Assembly: GCF_009914755.1 (NCBI RefSeq)
Contig: NC_060929.1
Direction: 5' to 3' (one strand)
DNA length: 64,000 nucleotides
From: the human T2T-CHM13v2.0 reference genome, Homo sapiens
Part shown: piece after piece, positions 29,879 through 64,000 of the stretch
How the letters are laid out: each line of letters opens with the position of its first letter
Position numbering within the stretch: the stretch's first letter is position 1
Position numbers and translations under genes: made by a program
Notes under the pieces: model-generated
Database searches by the model: none
What the model saw: the letters and a program-made list of their open reading frames with translations, nothing else
Told to the model about the DNA's origin: nothing

Positions 29879-32214
29879 TAGTAGAGAGGGGGTTTCACCG
29901 TGTTAGCTAGGATGGTCTTGATCTCCTGACCTCGTGAGCCACCGCGCCCGGCCGGCAAATTTATGGGTTCTTGTTATGGAGAATTGACCTAGGTTGATAT
30001 TCATTCTGCCAGAGCCAGTGGAATTTGTAGTTTCTGAAAAGAGTTGTGTTATTTGGCAAAACCTGAATTGGGCATCACTTATCTTCATGTACTTAGCCAA
30101 AGCCCTAAAAAAACTTTTTTGAGGCTGTGTGCGGTGGTTCACGCCTGTAATCCCAGCACTTTGGGAGGCCGAGACGGACCGATCACGAGGTCAGGAGTTT
30201 GAGATCAGCCTGGCCAAGATAGTGAAACCCTGTCTCTACTAAAAATTAAAAAAATAAGCCAGGCGTCGTGGCAGGCACCTGTAATCCCAGCTACTCAGGA
30301 GGCTGAGGCAAAGAATTGCTTGAACCCGAGAGGCGGAGGTTGCAGTGAGCAGGCAGAGGAGACCCTGGAGCAATAATCCCTGGAAATAACAGGAATTTCA
30401 GGGACAAATCCAGATCCTCAAAAACTGTGAAACTGAGGGAGTCTGAGCAGAGATCTCCAATGAACCAGGTACCATCTGTGTGCCAGGGCAAGAGGACGGA
30501 AAACGGACCAGGTCTGTTTCTGACAGGTTGAGCAGGTGGAGTGGGAAGGAGGGATCCGGAAGGCCAGGAGGGTGGAGGGAACTGCAGGGGTGGGTGGTGG
30601 TGGGCGGGGCTGGGCTTTAGCCTCCTCCTCCCACTGCCCACCCCACCCTTAGGAGCCCTTTGTGAGGGGGAGGCCCCAGCTCTGTGATGTGGACCTGGGC
30701 CCCAATAACTTGTCCCAGAGGGGATGCCCAGGGCTCAGTTGCCTGAGGACAGCAGTGCAGTTGACATGGATATTCTCTTTCCTCTGGACAGTGTTATTGG
30801 TACAGAGCTGTGCCCCAGCCCCATTCCCCAGATCATCCATTTCGTCCTCTTTGTTGTGTTCAGCCTGGTGATCCTGATTATCTTACGCCTCTACATTCCC
30901 AGGGAGCCGTCCTCAGTGCCTCCCAGAGAGGAGGACAGCGAGAATGTAAGGAGCCCTCAGCCCACACCCAGCAGAGAATGCTTCTATTTTTCCTGCTCTC
31001 TTTTCCACTTTTCCACATCAGCCAGAGGCGCTCCTGTGATGGGAACTCTCATCATCCCTCTAGGGACAGCAGGGCAGGCAGGGGTTGGAGTGGGCATAGG
31101 ATTTCCAACCCAAGCCCCCAGACCATCTGTGGAGGTGCACGGGAGGCGTCAGAGCAAAACCAAACCCCAGGACTCAGCGGCGAGGACCCGGTCATGAGAG
31201 GGGTGAGGTCTCTGTGGAAGGACAGGCCCTGAGCCCGGGCTCATCAGCCGCCTTCCCGGGCAGGTGCCTCGGGGCCCAGCCTCTGTGTGAGGTGCTCTGG
31301 GGGCTGTGCTGAGCCCCTGAGAGCCTCCCACCTGAGACTGGAGTCGCCCCTGGCCTCCTCGGAAGCAGAATCCTCCCTGCCAGCTCAGAGGCACCTGCAG
31401 ACCCAAGAGTGTGTGTTTCCCAAGCAGCGGAACAGGGACTGAGGATACCCAGGGCAGGCCTCACATAGAAAACCCCTCCATGCTTTCCAGAGAAGGAAAC
31501 CAGAAAAAGGTTATTACGCACTTTAGAAACCAGTGAAAGAGAAGCACACAGGCTCCATGAGCTGGGCGGAGAAAGTGTGTCATTCACGAGCACTGGGTCT
31601 GCAGCTGTGGGGACAGGAGACTGAGACCCGGCCTGCACCCTCTTTCTTGTCTCTCAGGATCAAGCTGAAGTGGGGGAATGGCTCAGGATCGGAAATAAAT
31701 ATATCACTTTGAAAGGTAAGGCTCTGAGGGTCCCAGAAGCCCCAGAGATGACAGCTTCACCTGTCCCTAGGAACAAGCACCAAGTCTCCTAGGAAGTCAT
31801 CTGCAGAGGCCTGATGGGGAAGCTCCTGGTAGGGCAATTGGAACCCGGGACCCATCTCCGATTCCCTGCTGAGTTGAAGCCATGGGGTCCAGGGAGCGGG
31901 TGTTGCCCAGGAGGGGACCAGTGACCACCTGGACGTGCAGGAGGGGATGCAGGTCCATGTGGGCAGCTGTTTAACATGGCTGAGTCCTCTTTGAGACTGC
32001 CTCTGTCCTCTCTCCCCAGGAGGTTGTCGTGACCCCCATGATGGAGCGTGTCGGGAAGCACTTTGGAGACGACAAAGTGCTGCCCACCGGGCACCTGGCT
32101 ATCACTCCTGGGGCCCTGTGGCCTTGGACAGGGATGCTGGGGCTCCAGGGTCTAATCCCCAATCCCGGGGTCTCCCCTAAGGGCACACGCAATCGGCCTC
32201 CTGTAAGTCCCAGT

Positions 32215-35993
<3,779 letters not shown>

Positions 35994-36339
35994 TGATCCA
36001 TCCACCTCGGCCTCCCAGAGTGCTGGGAACACAGGCGTGAGCCACCATGCCCGGCCGCTCCTTACATTTTTGAGCCTTCATAATCAATCTTCCTTCCTTT
36101 CTTTCTTTCTTTTTTTTTTTTTGATGGAGTTTTCCTCTTGTTGCCCAGGCTGGAGTGCAATGGCGTGATCTTGGCTCACCGGAACCTCCACCTCTTTGGT
36201 TCACGCGATTCTCCTGCCTCAGCATGCCAAGGATTATGAGCAGGCGCTGCCACCACGCCCTGTTAATTTTGTATTTTTCAGTAGAGACAAGGTTTCTCCA
36301 TGTTAGTCAGGCTGGTCTCCAACTCCTGACCTCAGGTGA

Positions 36340-36660
<321 letters not shown>

Positions 36661-38081
36661 TGAGCCACCACGCCTGGCCCAAGTCTTCATAATTTCATTC
36701 TCCATTTGGAAGGATGCTTGGCCCATTGCTTACTAGCTCCGCATTTGTGTCTTCATTTCATGCATTTGTCCATCCAGTCAGTGAATGTTCAAGTACATTC
36801 CATTTGCCTTGCCCTAGGATGACCGGAGGAGAAAAGATCCCTTTCCTGGAGAAGCTTAGAATCTAGCAGGGAGATGAAGAAAAATGAGTAACTTTACAAT
36901 CCAGTCCACAGCTACAAGTTTCAGCAAGTGCTATGCACTATAATGAGAGCCCCTAATTGGGAGCTATTTGGGAGTTGGGGAGAGTTGCTGAGAAAGTGAT
37001 GCGTGGCCTGGTCAGGCAGAGGGAAGCAGGCTTTGAGGCTAAGAGGCCAAGGGCCTGGAGCAGCAGCCCCCAAGCTGGACAGGGAGGGAGCCGATTCTAC
37101 TTGGAGAGCAAACACTGAAGCCTCAAGTGACACAATCCAATTCATATCCTTTTTTTTAAATTTTATTTTAAGGATGGGGTCTCATTCTGTTGCCCAGGCT
37201 GAGTGCAGTAGCACGATCATAGCTCACTGCAATTCAAACTCCTAGGCTCAAGCAATTCTACTGGCTCAGCTGGAGACTGTAGCTGGGACTACAGACACGC
37301 ACCACCACACCTGGTTAATTATTTTTATCTTTAAAAAATTTTTGTTTTTTGTTTTTGAGACGGAGTTTCGCTCTGTCGCCCAGTCTGGAGTGCAGTGGCG
37401 AGATCTCGGCTCACTGCAAACTCTGCCTCGCGGGTTCAAGCAAATCTCTGCCTCAGCCTCCTGAGTAGCTGAGATTACAGGCGCCTGCCACCATGCCTGG
37501 CTATTTTTTTTTTTTTTTGTATTTTTAGTAGAGACAGTGTTTCACTGTCTTGGCCAGCTTGATCTTGAACTCCTGACCTCGTAATCCACCTACCTCGGCC
37601 TCCCAAAGTGCTGGAATTACAGGCGTGAGCCACCGTGCCCGGCCTGGAATTTTCTTTTTGTAATGCTTTTGTCAGGTTTTTGTCTTAGGTTAAGCTGGCC
37701 TCACATAAGGAACTGAACACTTCCTCTATTTTCTCAAAGCGTTTGTATGAGACTGGTGTTGATGTCTTCACTGAATATTTGATTCAAAACAAATGATTAA
37801 TATAATAAAAAAAAATTGACCAGTCAGCTGAGTGTGACGGCTTTTGCCTGTAATTCAAGCACTTTGGGAGGCCGAGGCAGGAGGATTGCTTGAGGCCAAG
37901 AGTTTGAGCCAAGCCCTGGCAACATAGCAAGACCCTACCTCTCCAAAAGATAAAATAAAAAGCCAGGCACGGTGGCTCAGGCCTGCAATATTAGCAGTTG
38001 GGGAGGCCGAGGCGGGCACATTGCCTAAGCTCAGGAGTTTGAGACAAGCCTGGGCAACACGGTGAAACCCTGTCCCTACTA

Positions 38082-38219
<138 letters not shown>

Positions 38220-38290
38220 TCAGCCTGGGTGACAGAGCAAGACTCCGTCTCTAAAATAAATAAATAAAATAAAATAAAACAAAATACTAA

Positions 38291-41766
<3,476 letters not shown>

Positions 41767-42032
41767 GCCTTATGTCAGGGCTATTTATGACAGAGGGAAA
41801 TCGGTGCGTGTTTGAGATACATTCCGTGAAGTGGAATTGCCTGATCAGAGGGTGAAGGCACACGCAGTTTTGCTCCCCGTAGGAATTGCTCCATCGTGCA
41901 TTTTCTTCAGCATTTATGTGAGTGCCCTCCCCCAGCCTTGCTGGCAGTGGATGTTGCAAACTCTTGGGTTTTTGCTAATCCGTCAAGAGAGCAGAGATCT
42001 CCTTTTTTTTTTTTTTTTTTTTTTTTTTTTGA

Positions 42033-42215
<183 letters not shown>

Positions 42216-42226
42216 TGAACTCCTGA

Positions 42227-42505
<279 letters not shown>

Positions 42506-42699
42506 TAGCCTCGATCTCTTGACCTCGTGATCCACCGGCCTCGGCCTCCCAAAGTGCTGGGATTACGGGCATGAGCCACCGTGCCTGGCCTTAATTTTTG
42601 TATTTTTAGTAGAGATGGGGTTTCACCATGTTGGCCAGGATGGCTCTTAGTTTATTTTTAATTTTTATTTTACATTTCTGTGATTAGGAGGAAGATTGA

Positions 42700-42903
<204 letters not shown>

Positions 42904-43079
42904 TAGTAGAGATGGGGTTTCTTCATGTTGGTCAGGCTGGTCTCGAACTCCCGACCTCAGGTGATCTGACTTCAGGTGATCTGCCGGCCTCGGCCCCCCA
43001 AAGTGAGCCACCATGCAAGCCACCGCACCCGGCCTCATTGCAGTATTAATTGTATTAAGGAAAGACAGGAAACACAAAA

Positions 43080-44957
<1,878 letters not shown>

Positions 44958-45817
44958 TGAGACAGGGTCTCACTCTGTCGCCCAGGTTGGAGCATACTGG
45001 CAGGATCACAGCTCATTGCAGCCTTGACCTTCTGGACTCAAGCGATCCTCCCACCTCAGCCTCCCGAATAGCTGGGAGTACAGTCTTGTGCCATCATGCC
45101 TGGCTAATTTTTGTGTTGTTAGTAGAGTCAGGGTCTCACCATGTTACCCAGGCTGGTCTCAAACTCCTGACCTCAAGTGATTCACCCACCTTGGCCTCCC
45201 ACAGTGCTGGGATTACAGGCATGAGCCACCGCACCTGGCCTCAAATGATTTTTCTGTATCTATTGAGATCGTATGGCTTTTCTCTTGTTTTCCTTTTGTT
45301 TCCTTTTTTTTTTTTTTAAGAGAGGGTCTTGTGTTGTTGCCCAGGCTGAAGTGCAGTGGTTCAATCATAGCTCACTGCAGCCTTGACCTCCTGTGCTCAA
45401 GTGATTCTTCCACGTCAGCCTCCCAAGTAGATGGGAGGCACATGCCACCATGCCCAGCTAATTTTTTTGTAGAGATGGGGTTTCGCCATGTTGTCCAGGC
45501 TGGTCTCAAACTCCTGGACTCAAGTGATCTGCCGACCTCATCCTCCCAAAATGCTGGGATTACAGGTGTGAGCCTCTGCGCCCAGCCTGCTTTTTCTCTT
45601 TTAATCTGTTTATGTATATATTATATTTATAGATTTTTTCCTAACATTGGTCACCTTTGTAGTCCTAGGATAAACTCAGCTTGCTCATGACAAATTGCCA
45701 CTTCAATACATTGTTGAATTTGGTTTGCTAATAATTTGTAGAGTTTTTTGCATTTGGCTTTCTTGTTGCTGACTTCAAATTAAATTGCTTCTATCTTTCT
45801 GAGGGAACTGAGGGTGA

Positions 45818-45952
<135 letters not shown>

Positions 45953-46068
45953 TGAGCAGCTGGGACTACAGGCACGCACCACCATGCCCAGCTAAGTTTT
46001 GTATTTTTAGTAGAGACGGGGTTTCACCATGTTGGTCAGGCTAGTCTTGAACTCCTGACCTCAGGTGA

Positions 46069-46281
<213 letters not shown>

Positions 46282-46502
46282 TAGCTGGGATTACAGGTAT
46301 GTGCCACCATGCCTGGCTAATTTTGTATTTTTAGTAGAGACGGGGTTTCTCCATGCTGGTCAGGCTGGTCTCGAACTCCCGACCTCAGGTGATCCGCCTG
46401 CCTCGGCCTCCGAAGGTTTTGGGATTACAGGTGTGAGCCACTGCCCCCAGCCTGAAAAAAATTTTATCATAGAAAATATCCAACCATAAACAAAATTAGT
46501 GA

Positions 46503-46715
<213 letters not shown>

Positions 46716-47090
46716 TAGTAGAGACGGGGCTTCACCATGTTGACTAGGATGGTCTCGATCTCCTGACCTCGTGATCCGCCTGCCTCGGCCTCCCAAAGTG
46801 CTGGGATTACAGGTGCTCATCATCCAGTTTCTATAATAATTGATGACCAAACTTTTTTCCTATATAGACCCACCCATTTTCTCTACTGACTTCCCAGACT
46901 ACTTGGAAACAAATGGCAGACATCATATCCCTTTATCTGTAAACACTCTAGTAATATCTTCAAAAGATAAGGATAAAAAAAACCTATAATCCTAATCTAT
47001 ACATGTCATGCATGCATCTAACAATACCGCAGTAGAAATCTAAGAATACTGCAATAGAAAATATTTGATCCAGTTGGGGACGGTGGCTCA

Positions 47091-47403
<313 letters not shown>

Positions 47404-48091
47404 TTATGTGTTGCCTTTGTTGGTGGTATATGTTGTTCTGTTTTGTTAGGTTTGTTTGAATCAAGAGGCAAATGAAGACCTCGCATTGTGACTGGTTGAT
47501 CTCTGTCTCCCCACAGGTCGGCTTGAGGTTTGCGAGTCCCAGCTCCCACTGCCCCTGCCACCTGCCTTTCCCTTCTCAGGACATACACAGGACTGGGAGA
47601 AAATAGACTAAGTATTTGATATTACAGTATTGTTAGGTTTTTATATGTGCGGTATCTTAGGAGGGAACAGAAAGCAGCAGACACACCACTGACGATGGCT
47701 TCCAGTGTGGCAGGGGCCAAAGCCCTTGCTCTGTGGCTCCAGGGGCAGCCTGTGCAGGCCCAGCCTGGGGCCACTCATGCTCCCCAGCCCCACACGAGGC
47801 CCATCCCGTCTCAGCATAGGCTTCCTTCTTTCCACTGTTCCTGGAGACCCAGCAGGCTGTCATGGGCCTTTGGTCCCTACACAGTCCACTCCAGTGGCCA
47901 CCAGGCTTCTGCAGCCATCATTTCCCATGTGCACGTGGGAAAGAACTAGGCCAGGCTTCTAAGTTATCTAGACCTTCCTTTTTTTTTTTTTTTTTTTTTT
48001 TTTGAGACACAGTCTCACTGTGTCGCCCAGGCTGGAGTGCAAGTGGTACGATCTCAGCTCACTGCAACCTCTGCCTCCTGGGTTCAAGTGA

Positions 48092-48298
<207 letters not shown>

Positions 48299-49436
48299 TG
48301 ACATGTGTGAGCATAGGCAGCAAGCAAGGCCGTGCAGAGAAGGGGTGCTTCCAGACTGCCCAGGCCAGGGGCATCATTAAGGGTGGGACTGTCTCGAGAG
48401 TGTCATAGGAGAGTTGAGACCAACACACAAGTGTTGGAGATGATGGTTGAGGCAGGAGCAAGGTTTTTTGGGGTTTTTAAGATGGGGTCTTGCTTGTAGC
48501 TCATAGCAATCATAGCTTACCGCAGCCTCAAACTGCTGGGATCAAGTGGTCCTCCCGACTCAGCCTTCAGAGTGACTAGGACTACAGGTGGGCACCACTG
48601 TGCCGGGCGAGTGTTAATTATTACCATAGGTTTAAAAATATGCTTTGTACTGGGTTTGCATAGGCCATTTCCCCTCTGTCTGCAGGGTACTGATGTCCCC
48701 ATCTCTCTGCATAGCTGCAAAGGGGACCAGGGAGGCATTGCTGTGGCAACCGCCATGGCAGGGTCAAGGAGCTCCTTGTGTGGCTTTCACACTTCTGACG
48801 GGCTGAGATCCAGATCCAGGCCCCAGACCTGTGGTAATGCTGCTCATCGAGCCACCACCTGGGCTGAGGAGCAGAAATGAGGCCCCCAGGTCAGAGCAGA
48901 GACCTGCCGGGGCCACCTCCATCATCAGCCCTGATTTGGGGCCACCCTCTCATGTCCCTCATCCTCCTGCCCAGTGAAGCAGTGGCTGCTCCAGCTGGAG
49001 CTCCAGGAGAGAGGGCTAGGCTATGCCTTGAACCAGAGCCTGGGTGATGAAAGGGCCCCAAAGTGGGACCAGCCTGACTGTCCCCTTCCATCAGGCAGAG
49101 AGGAAAAGCATGGCACTCCCCCGCTGGGAAATACCCTGCAGTCACAGGATGAACCGGCTAGATGTGTGGACATTGCTAGGTCTTTTTTTTTTTTTATTAG
49201 AGATGGGGTCTCGCTCGGTTGCCCAGGCTGGAGTACAGGGGCACAATCATGGCTCACTGCAGGCTCGAACTCTTGGGCTCGAGCCATCCTCCCATCTGAG
49301 GCTCCCAAGTAGCTGGGACCACAGCTATGTGCCACCATGTCTGGCAGGAGCAAGATTAAAGTGTATAGTGGGAAGCCATTCGGAGCTAAGCAAGATGCAG
49401 GCAGGAAAAGTAGAGAAGTGGGGACTGTGGTTGTGA

Positions 49437-53150
<3,714 letters not shown>

Positions 53151-53544
53151 TCCTGGAACTTCGGCATAGTTAACTTGGGACATTCCAGGAAACTGTAATC
53201 CATGTAATTCCATGCCTATAATCCCAGCACTCTGGGGGCCAAGGTGGGTGAATCAGTTGAGGCCAGGAGTTTGAGACCAGCCTGGTCAACATGGGGAGAG
53301 AGATTGGGAAGAGTGACCCAGGGTACAGAACCATGAGCCACAGCTGCAGCTTCAGTCAGAGCAGGGCTGACCAGATATAACCAGAAGTCCCAACAGCATC
53401 CTGGACACCTCTCCTGCCTCCTAAGGGTGCAGAAATCTGTGACAATGGCTAAGCAGTATCTGCTCCTCTGGATTCAGGTGCCTATCTCTTGTGGAGCTTT
53501 GTTCATTCTAGAAGTACTTGGAGAGGTCCAAGCATCGTGCCTCA

Positions 53545-54220
<676 letters not shown>

Positions 54221-54384
54221 TTATGTTTTAGTTGGAGGAGACTAAGAATAAATAAAATATGTAGTAGGTCAAGTGTTAATGGGTGCTAGAAACAAGAAGT
54301 GGGGGCCAGGCACGGTGGCTCACACCTGTAATCCCAGTACTCTGGGAGGTCGAGGTGGGTGGATCACCTGAGATAAGGGGTTCA

Positions 54385-54675
<291 letters not shown>

Positions 54676-55331
54676 TCAGGAGATGGAGACCATCCTGGCT
54701 AACACAGTGAAACCCGTCTCTACTAAAAATACAAAAAAAAAATTAGCTGGACGTGGTGGCGGGCGCCTGTAGTCCTAGCTACTCAGGAGGCTGAAGCAGG
54801 AGAATGGCGTGAACCCGGAGGTGGAGCTTGCAGTGAGCCGAGATCACACCACTGCACTCCAGCCTGGGCGACAGAGCGAGACTCCGTCTCAAAAAAAAAA
54901 AAAAAAACAAAAGAAAACATGAAGTGGGAAGGGAGGATACATTGTGCACATACCTCAAAGAAATGAGAGTGAATGAAACTGGCAAGACACTGGGAGGGCA
55001 CACCTGTGAGGTAAATCAGAGGGAAATGAGAAGAGCATGGTGCCCTAGAAACCAAGTGAAGCCAGGGTTTCAAGGAGGAGGGGTCAACTCACGAGACGCT
55101 GCTGATGCACTGCGATGAGGATAGAAAACTAGGCAGAAGCCTTAACCACAGGGAGGGCACAGCATCCTTGACAAGGGCAGGCGGGGGACAGTGGGACGTG
55201 AGAAATCTGAAGTTCAAGGTAGACCAGGTGCAGTGGCTCATGCCTGTAATCCCACTACTTTAGAAGGCCAAGGTGAGAGGATCACTTGAGCCCAGGAGTT
55301 CGAGACCAGCCTGGGCAACATAACGTAGTGA

Positions 55332-55553
<222 letters not shown>

Positions 55554-55579
55554 TAGCCAGGATGGTCTCCATCTCCTGA

Positions 55580-55972
<393 letters not shown>

Positions 55973-56217
55973 TAGAGGCGGGTGCCACCACACCCAGCTA
56001 ATTTTTGTATTTTTAGTAGAGATGGGGTTTCACCATATTGCTCAGGCTGGTCTTGAACTCCTGACCTCATGATCTGTCTGCCTCAGCCTCCCAAAGTGCT
56101 GGGATTACAGGTGTGAGCCACCATGCCCGGCGATGCCTGGCTAATTTTTGTATTTTCAGTAGAGACGGGGTTTTACCGTATTGGCCAGGTGGCTCTGAAA
56201 CTCCTGACCTCAAGTGA

Positions 56218-56852
<635 letters not shown>

Positions 56853-57063
56853 TGAAACCCCATCTCTACTAAAAATACAAAAAATTAGGCAGGCGTGGTG
56901 GTACATGCCTCTAGTCCCAGCTACTTGGGAGGCTGAGGTGGGAGAATCACTTGAGCCCAGGAGTTTGAGACTCAGTGAGCCATGATCACACCACTGCGCT
57001 CCAGCCTGGGTGACACAGCCAGACCCCATCTCTAAAAAAGAAAAAGAAGTTGAAGGGGGTTAA

Positions 57064-57474
<411 letters not shown>

Positions 57475-57477
57475 TGA

Positions 57478-57582
<105 letters not shown>

Positions 57583-57585
57583 TGA

Positions 57586-57846
<261 letters not shown>

Positions 57847-57866
57847 TGACCTCCCCAGGTTTGTGA

Positions 57867-58460
<594 letters not shown>

Positions 58461-58657
58461 TGACCTGCCTCCTCAAACCCAGAAATATTTTTGCAAAGCT
58501 CTATTCCCCAGAGGATTCTGAGCTGTAGGAGGTGAAAGCCAGGGTCCTTTGTTCCTGCTTTCTTTGTTCCGACTTTATGCTCTGTGGCTTTCATCTCCTG
58601 GGGCAATGAGTTGGGCTGCCCTTTGGCAGGGCTCAGGACCAGGGTGTGAAATTCTAG

Positions 58658-58979
<322 letters not shown>

Positions 58980-59465
58980 TGATCCACCCACCTCAGCCTC
59001 CCAAAGTGCTGGGATTACAGACGTGAGCCACCGCATCTGACCTGTAGATGAACCTTTCTAAACAGGGCCCGCACTGGGCTGTGGGACTCCCTGCCTTCTG
59101 CAGGTTTGGTGGGGCAGATACCTTTCTCCACCCTAGGACTGTATTTGTTTTCAAGTAGTCTGGCCAAAGCAATATTCCCTAAACTTTAGGCATTCTTGGA
59201 TCCCTTTATGAGTTTTGCTATTTTGGCATGCTACATGTAAGTTTTGCTTAATGTTTTTATGTAAAGCATCTTCCTCCTTTTACTTCTTTTATTGTGATAA
59301 AACTCATATAAAATTGACCGTTTTGAAGTGTACCATTCAGTGACTTTTATTACAATGTTGCAAAACTATCACCACTATAGTGCCAATTTCTCATCAGCCC
59401 AAAAGGAAGCCCCCTTGTGTTTACACACACACACACACAAACTGTGTCCTCCCATCCCTTGGTAA

Positions 59466-60083
<618 letters not shown>

Positions 60084-60572
60084 TGAGACTACAGGCATGC
60101 GCCACCACACCCGGCTAATTTTTTTGTATTTTGGTAGGGATGGAGTTTCACCATGTTGCCCAGGTTGGTCTCGAACTCCTGAGCTCAGGCAATCTGCCCA
60201 CCTCAGCCTCCCAAAGTGCTAGGCTTACAGGCACCCGACACCGCATCTGGCCAATTTTTGGTATTTTTAGTAGAGACATGGTTTCACCTTGTTGGTCAGG
60301 ATGGCCTTTTAACTCCTGACCTCGTGATAGGCCCGCCTCGACCTCTCAAAGTGCTGGGATTACAAGCGTGAGCCACCAGGCCTGGCCCCAGGAAATCTGG
60401 ATTTTTAATGTGGTATCTCCAAATTCTGAAACTTTGGCAACTAATGCAATTTTTAGAAGACTGTGGGCCAGGCAGACTGCATTCTATGGAGGTAGAAAAG
60501 GAGGCCTGAGGCCGGGCTCGGTGGCTCACGCCTGTAATCCCAGCACTTTGGGAGGCCGAGGCGGGCAGATCA

Positions 60573-60806
<234 letters not shown>

Positions 60807-60809
60807 TTA

Positions 60810-60953
<144 letters not shown>

Positions 60954-61008
60954 TCAAAAAGAAAAGAAAAGAAAAGAAAAGGAGGCCTGAGCCCGGCGCG
61001 GTGGCTCA

Positions 61009-61134
<126 letters not shown>

Positions 61135-61142
61135 TTAAAAAT

Positions 61143-61180
<38 letters not shown>

Positions 61181-61757
61181 CTGTAACAGAGACGCGACTC
61201 TCCAAAATGCCACACAGGCAAGTGGGGGCCGCACAGCCCATGGTTTCCAGAAAGCTTCTCTTGGGAATGTAAAATAACACTTACCCTGGGACTTCTAGTT
61301 TCTAAACCTCCTGAGCCTAGAGGCCCTGAAGACGGACCAAGTGCAAAGTCCCCGACCCCATACACCGTCCTCCGCTCCCTCCGCACCACACCCTTCATTC
61401 CCTGAGCACCGCGGTTCCTCCGTCTCCGGGACTTCGCCCTCCGTTACCTGGATGGCCTGCAAGGCCATTACCCGCCACTCCACCCTATCTGGGCCATGTC
61501 GGCTGCAAGCTTGGCTTCCACTCCGCACTCCCGGAGAGCCACGCGCAGACCCTCCTCCACGGCCCCATCACACCCTCCCAAGACAGGCAGCTTAGGCTTG
61601 CGTCCCCTGCCGACACCCAGCACCGAGGGGCAGTCCCCGAGGCCACGCAGACCTCCCCAACCCACACGCACAGACCGACCCGGGGAACCGCGGGAGCCAG
61701 TCCCGCGCTGGGGCACTGGCAGACCCGAGGCGTGAGGCGCGCATGCGTAGCGCGGCC

Positions 61758-61763
61758 TTTATT
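61758..61763 (-). terminator. CBY3: CBY3 polyadenylation signal, 3 nt after the stop codon
   Basis: Minus strand TGA-cgc-AATAAA. Confidence 0.75.
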
Positions 61764-61766
61764 GCG

Positions 61767-62498
<732 letters not shown>

Positions 62499-62867
62499 TC
62501 AAACCGCGAGGCCGGCGGACATGTCTTAGCCCTGCAGCTACGGCTGCGGCTGTGTCTCACCAGCTGCTGGCCACCGAGGAGCCCGTCGTTCCACGCTGCA
62601 CAGGCAGCAGTCTCACCTAAACCATCTTCCCCAAAGACCACTGAGGATCAGGCCCTGGGATACATATGCAGATGAAGGACGGGAGGAGGGCCTTGTTCTG
62701 AGTTGCAGCTGGAAGGGTGAGGGGTAGGGAATGGTAGCAAGACAAGTAAGTAGGTACTTAAAGGAGGAGTAGGACTTTGCCAGGTGGGTTGAGGATGGAA
62801 AATGGAGAACTTCTAGGCAGAGGGAAGAGCCGAGCAGGGCTTTCTTTTTCTTTTTTTTTGAGACTGA

Positions 62868-62966
<99 letters not shown>

Positions 62967-62969
62967 TGA

Positions 62970-63176
<207 letters not shown>

Positions 63177-64000
63177 TAGTAGAAATGGGGTTTCACCTTA
63201 TTGGCCAGGCTGGTCTCGAACTCCGGACCTCAGGTGATCTGCCCGCCTCAGCGCCAAAGTGCTGGGATTACAGGTGTGAGCCACTGTACCCGGCAGGGCA
63301 GGACTTTCATATTTCAGATGTGAACACGAGCTTGGATAGGATTGGTGCTGGGAAGAGCAGAAGAGGAAGCTGGGAAGGTGGACCAGTGCACTATGTGAAG
63401 GTGCCCTACAGGCAGGCTCGGAAGCTTAGACTTCCTTTTGTGGGTAAGAGGGAACTGCTGAAGGATTAGAAAGCCGGGGTTAGATCTGGATTCTGAAAGC
63501 AATCTGGGAGGATATCTAGCATAGCCAACAGCATTATTGCCCTCATCATTCAGTCATTTGATAGACTTGAACTAGCATCTGCTCTGTGCCAGACTCTGGT
63601 CTTGGGAAGGGGACCTGAAACAGCCTCTGCCTGCCCTCAAGGTGCTCCTAATCCAGCTTGGAAGACAGATGCGTGTATAGACCACAGTCCAGTGTGTTCA
63701 CTGACATCCTGGGGTGTGTGCCATGGGCTAGACCTATGCATAGGGCTCAAAGTATCAGGGATTGTGCACACTAAACATGACTTTTATTCCAAACAAACTG
63801 TGCCCTCAGGAAGTCCAAAGTCCAGATAACAGACAAGTCCCATTTTGCTCACTTCTCTCTGCACCCCCCACCCCTGCCCAGTAAGTGCTGATTCTATTAT
63901 GTGAAAAAGGGAGCTATGTGTTGTTTCTAATTCCTCTTCTGCCCATGGGCAGTGAGAAGAGAAAGAACTAGAGCAGGGTTCCCTCTGTTATGCCTTCGTT

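Overview
This is human (hominid) genomic DNA that I recognise from translated exons as the 5q35.3 HNRNPH1 - C5orf60/SPATA31J1 - CBY3 interval. Left: the 5' part of HNRNPH1 on the minus strand (non-coding first exon, 8 coding exons in the window, CpG-island promoter). Middle (about 16.8-41.8 kb): a mosaic inverted segmental duplication. It holds an intact 4-exon, 353-aa SPATA31-family gene (C5orf60, + strand), a 5'-incomplete inverted paralog (- strand), two near-identical mirror copies of a CpG-island promoter, an SVA and a 14 x 49-bp VNTR. Right: a very Alu-dense tract with L1 and ERVL remnants, then the last coding exon of CBY3 (- strand). Most ORFs in the supplied track are Alu or antisense artefacts. 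I found no CRISPR array or prokaryote-type system and cannot claim a wholly new biological system. The most notable signals are structural: an invertible cassette with outward-facing duplicated promoters, probably inverted relative to GRCh38 (from memory); a 728-bp Alu-mediated tandem duplication; chimeric-Alu and template-switch junctions; a fossil SPATA31 C-terminus in the C5orf60 3'UTR; and candidate poison or recursive exons in HNRNPH1.
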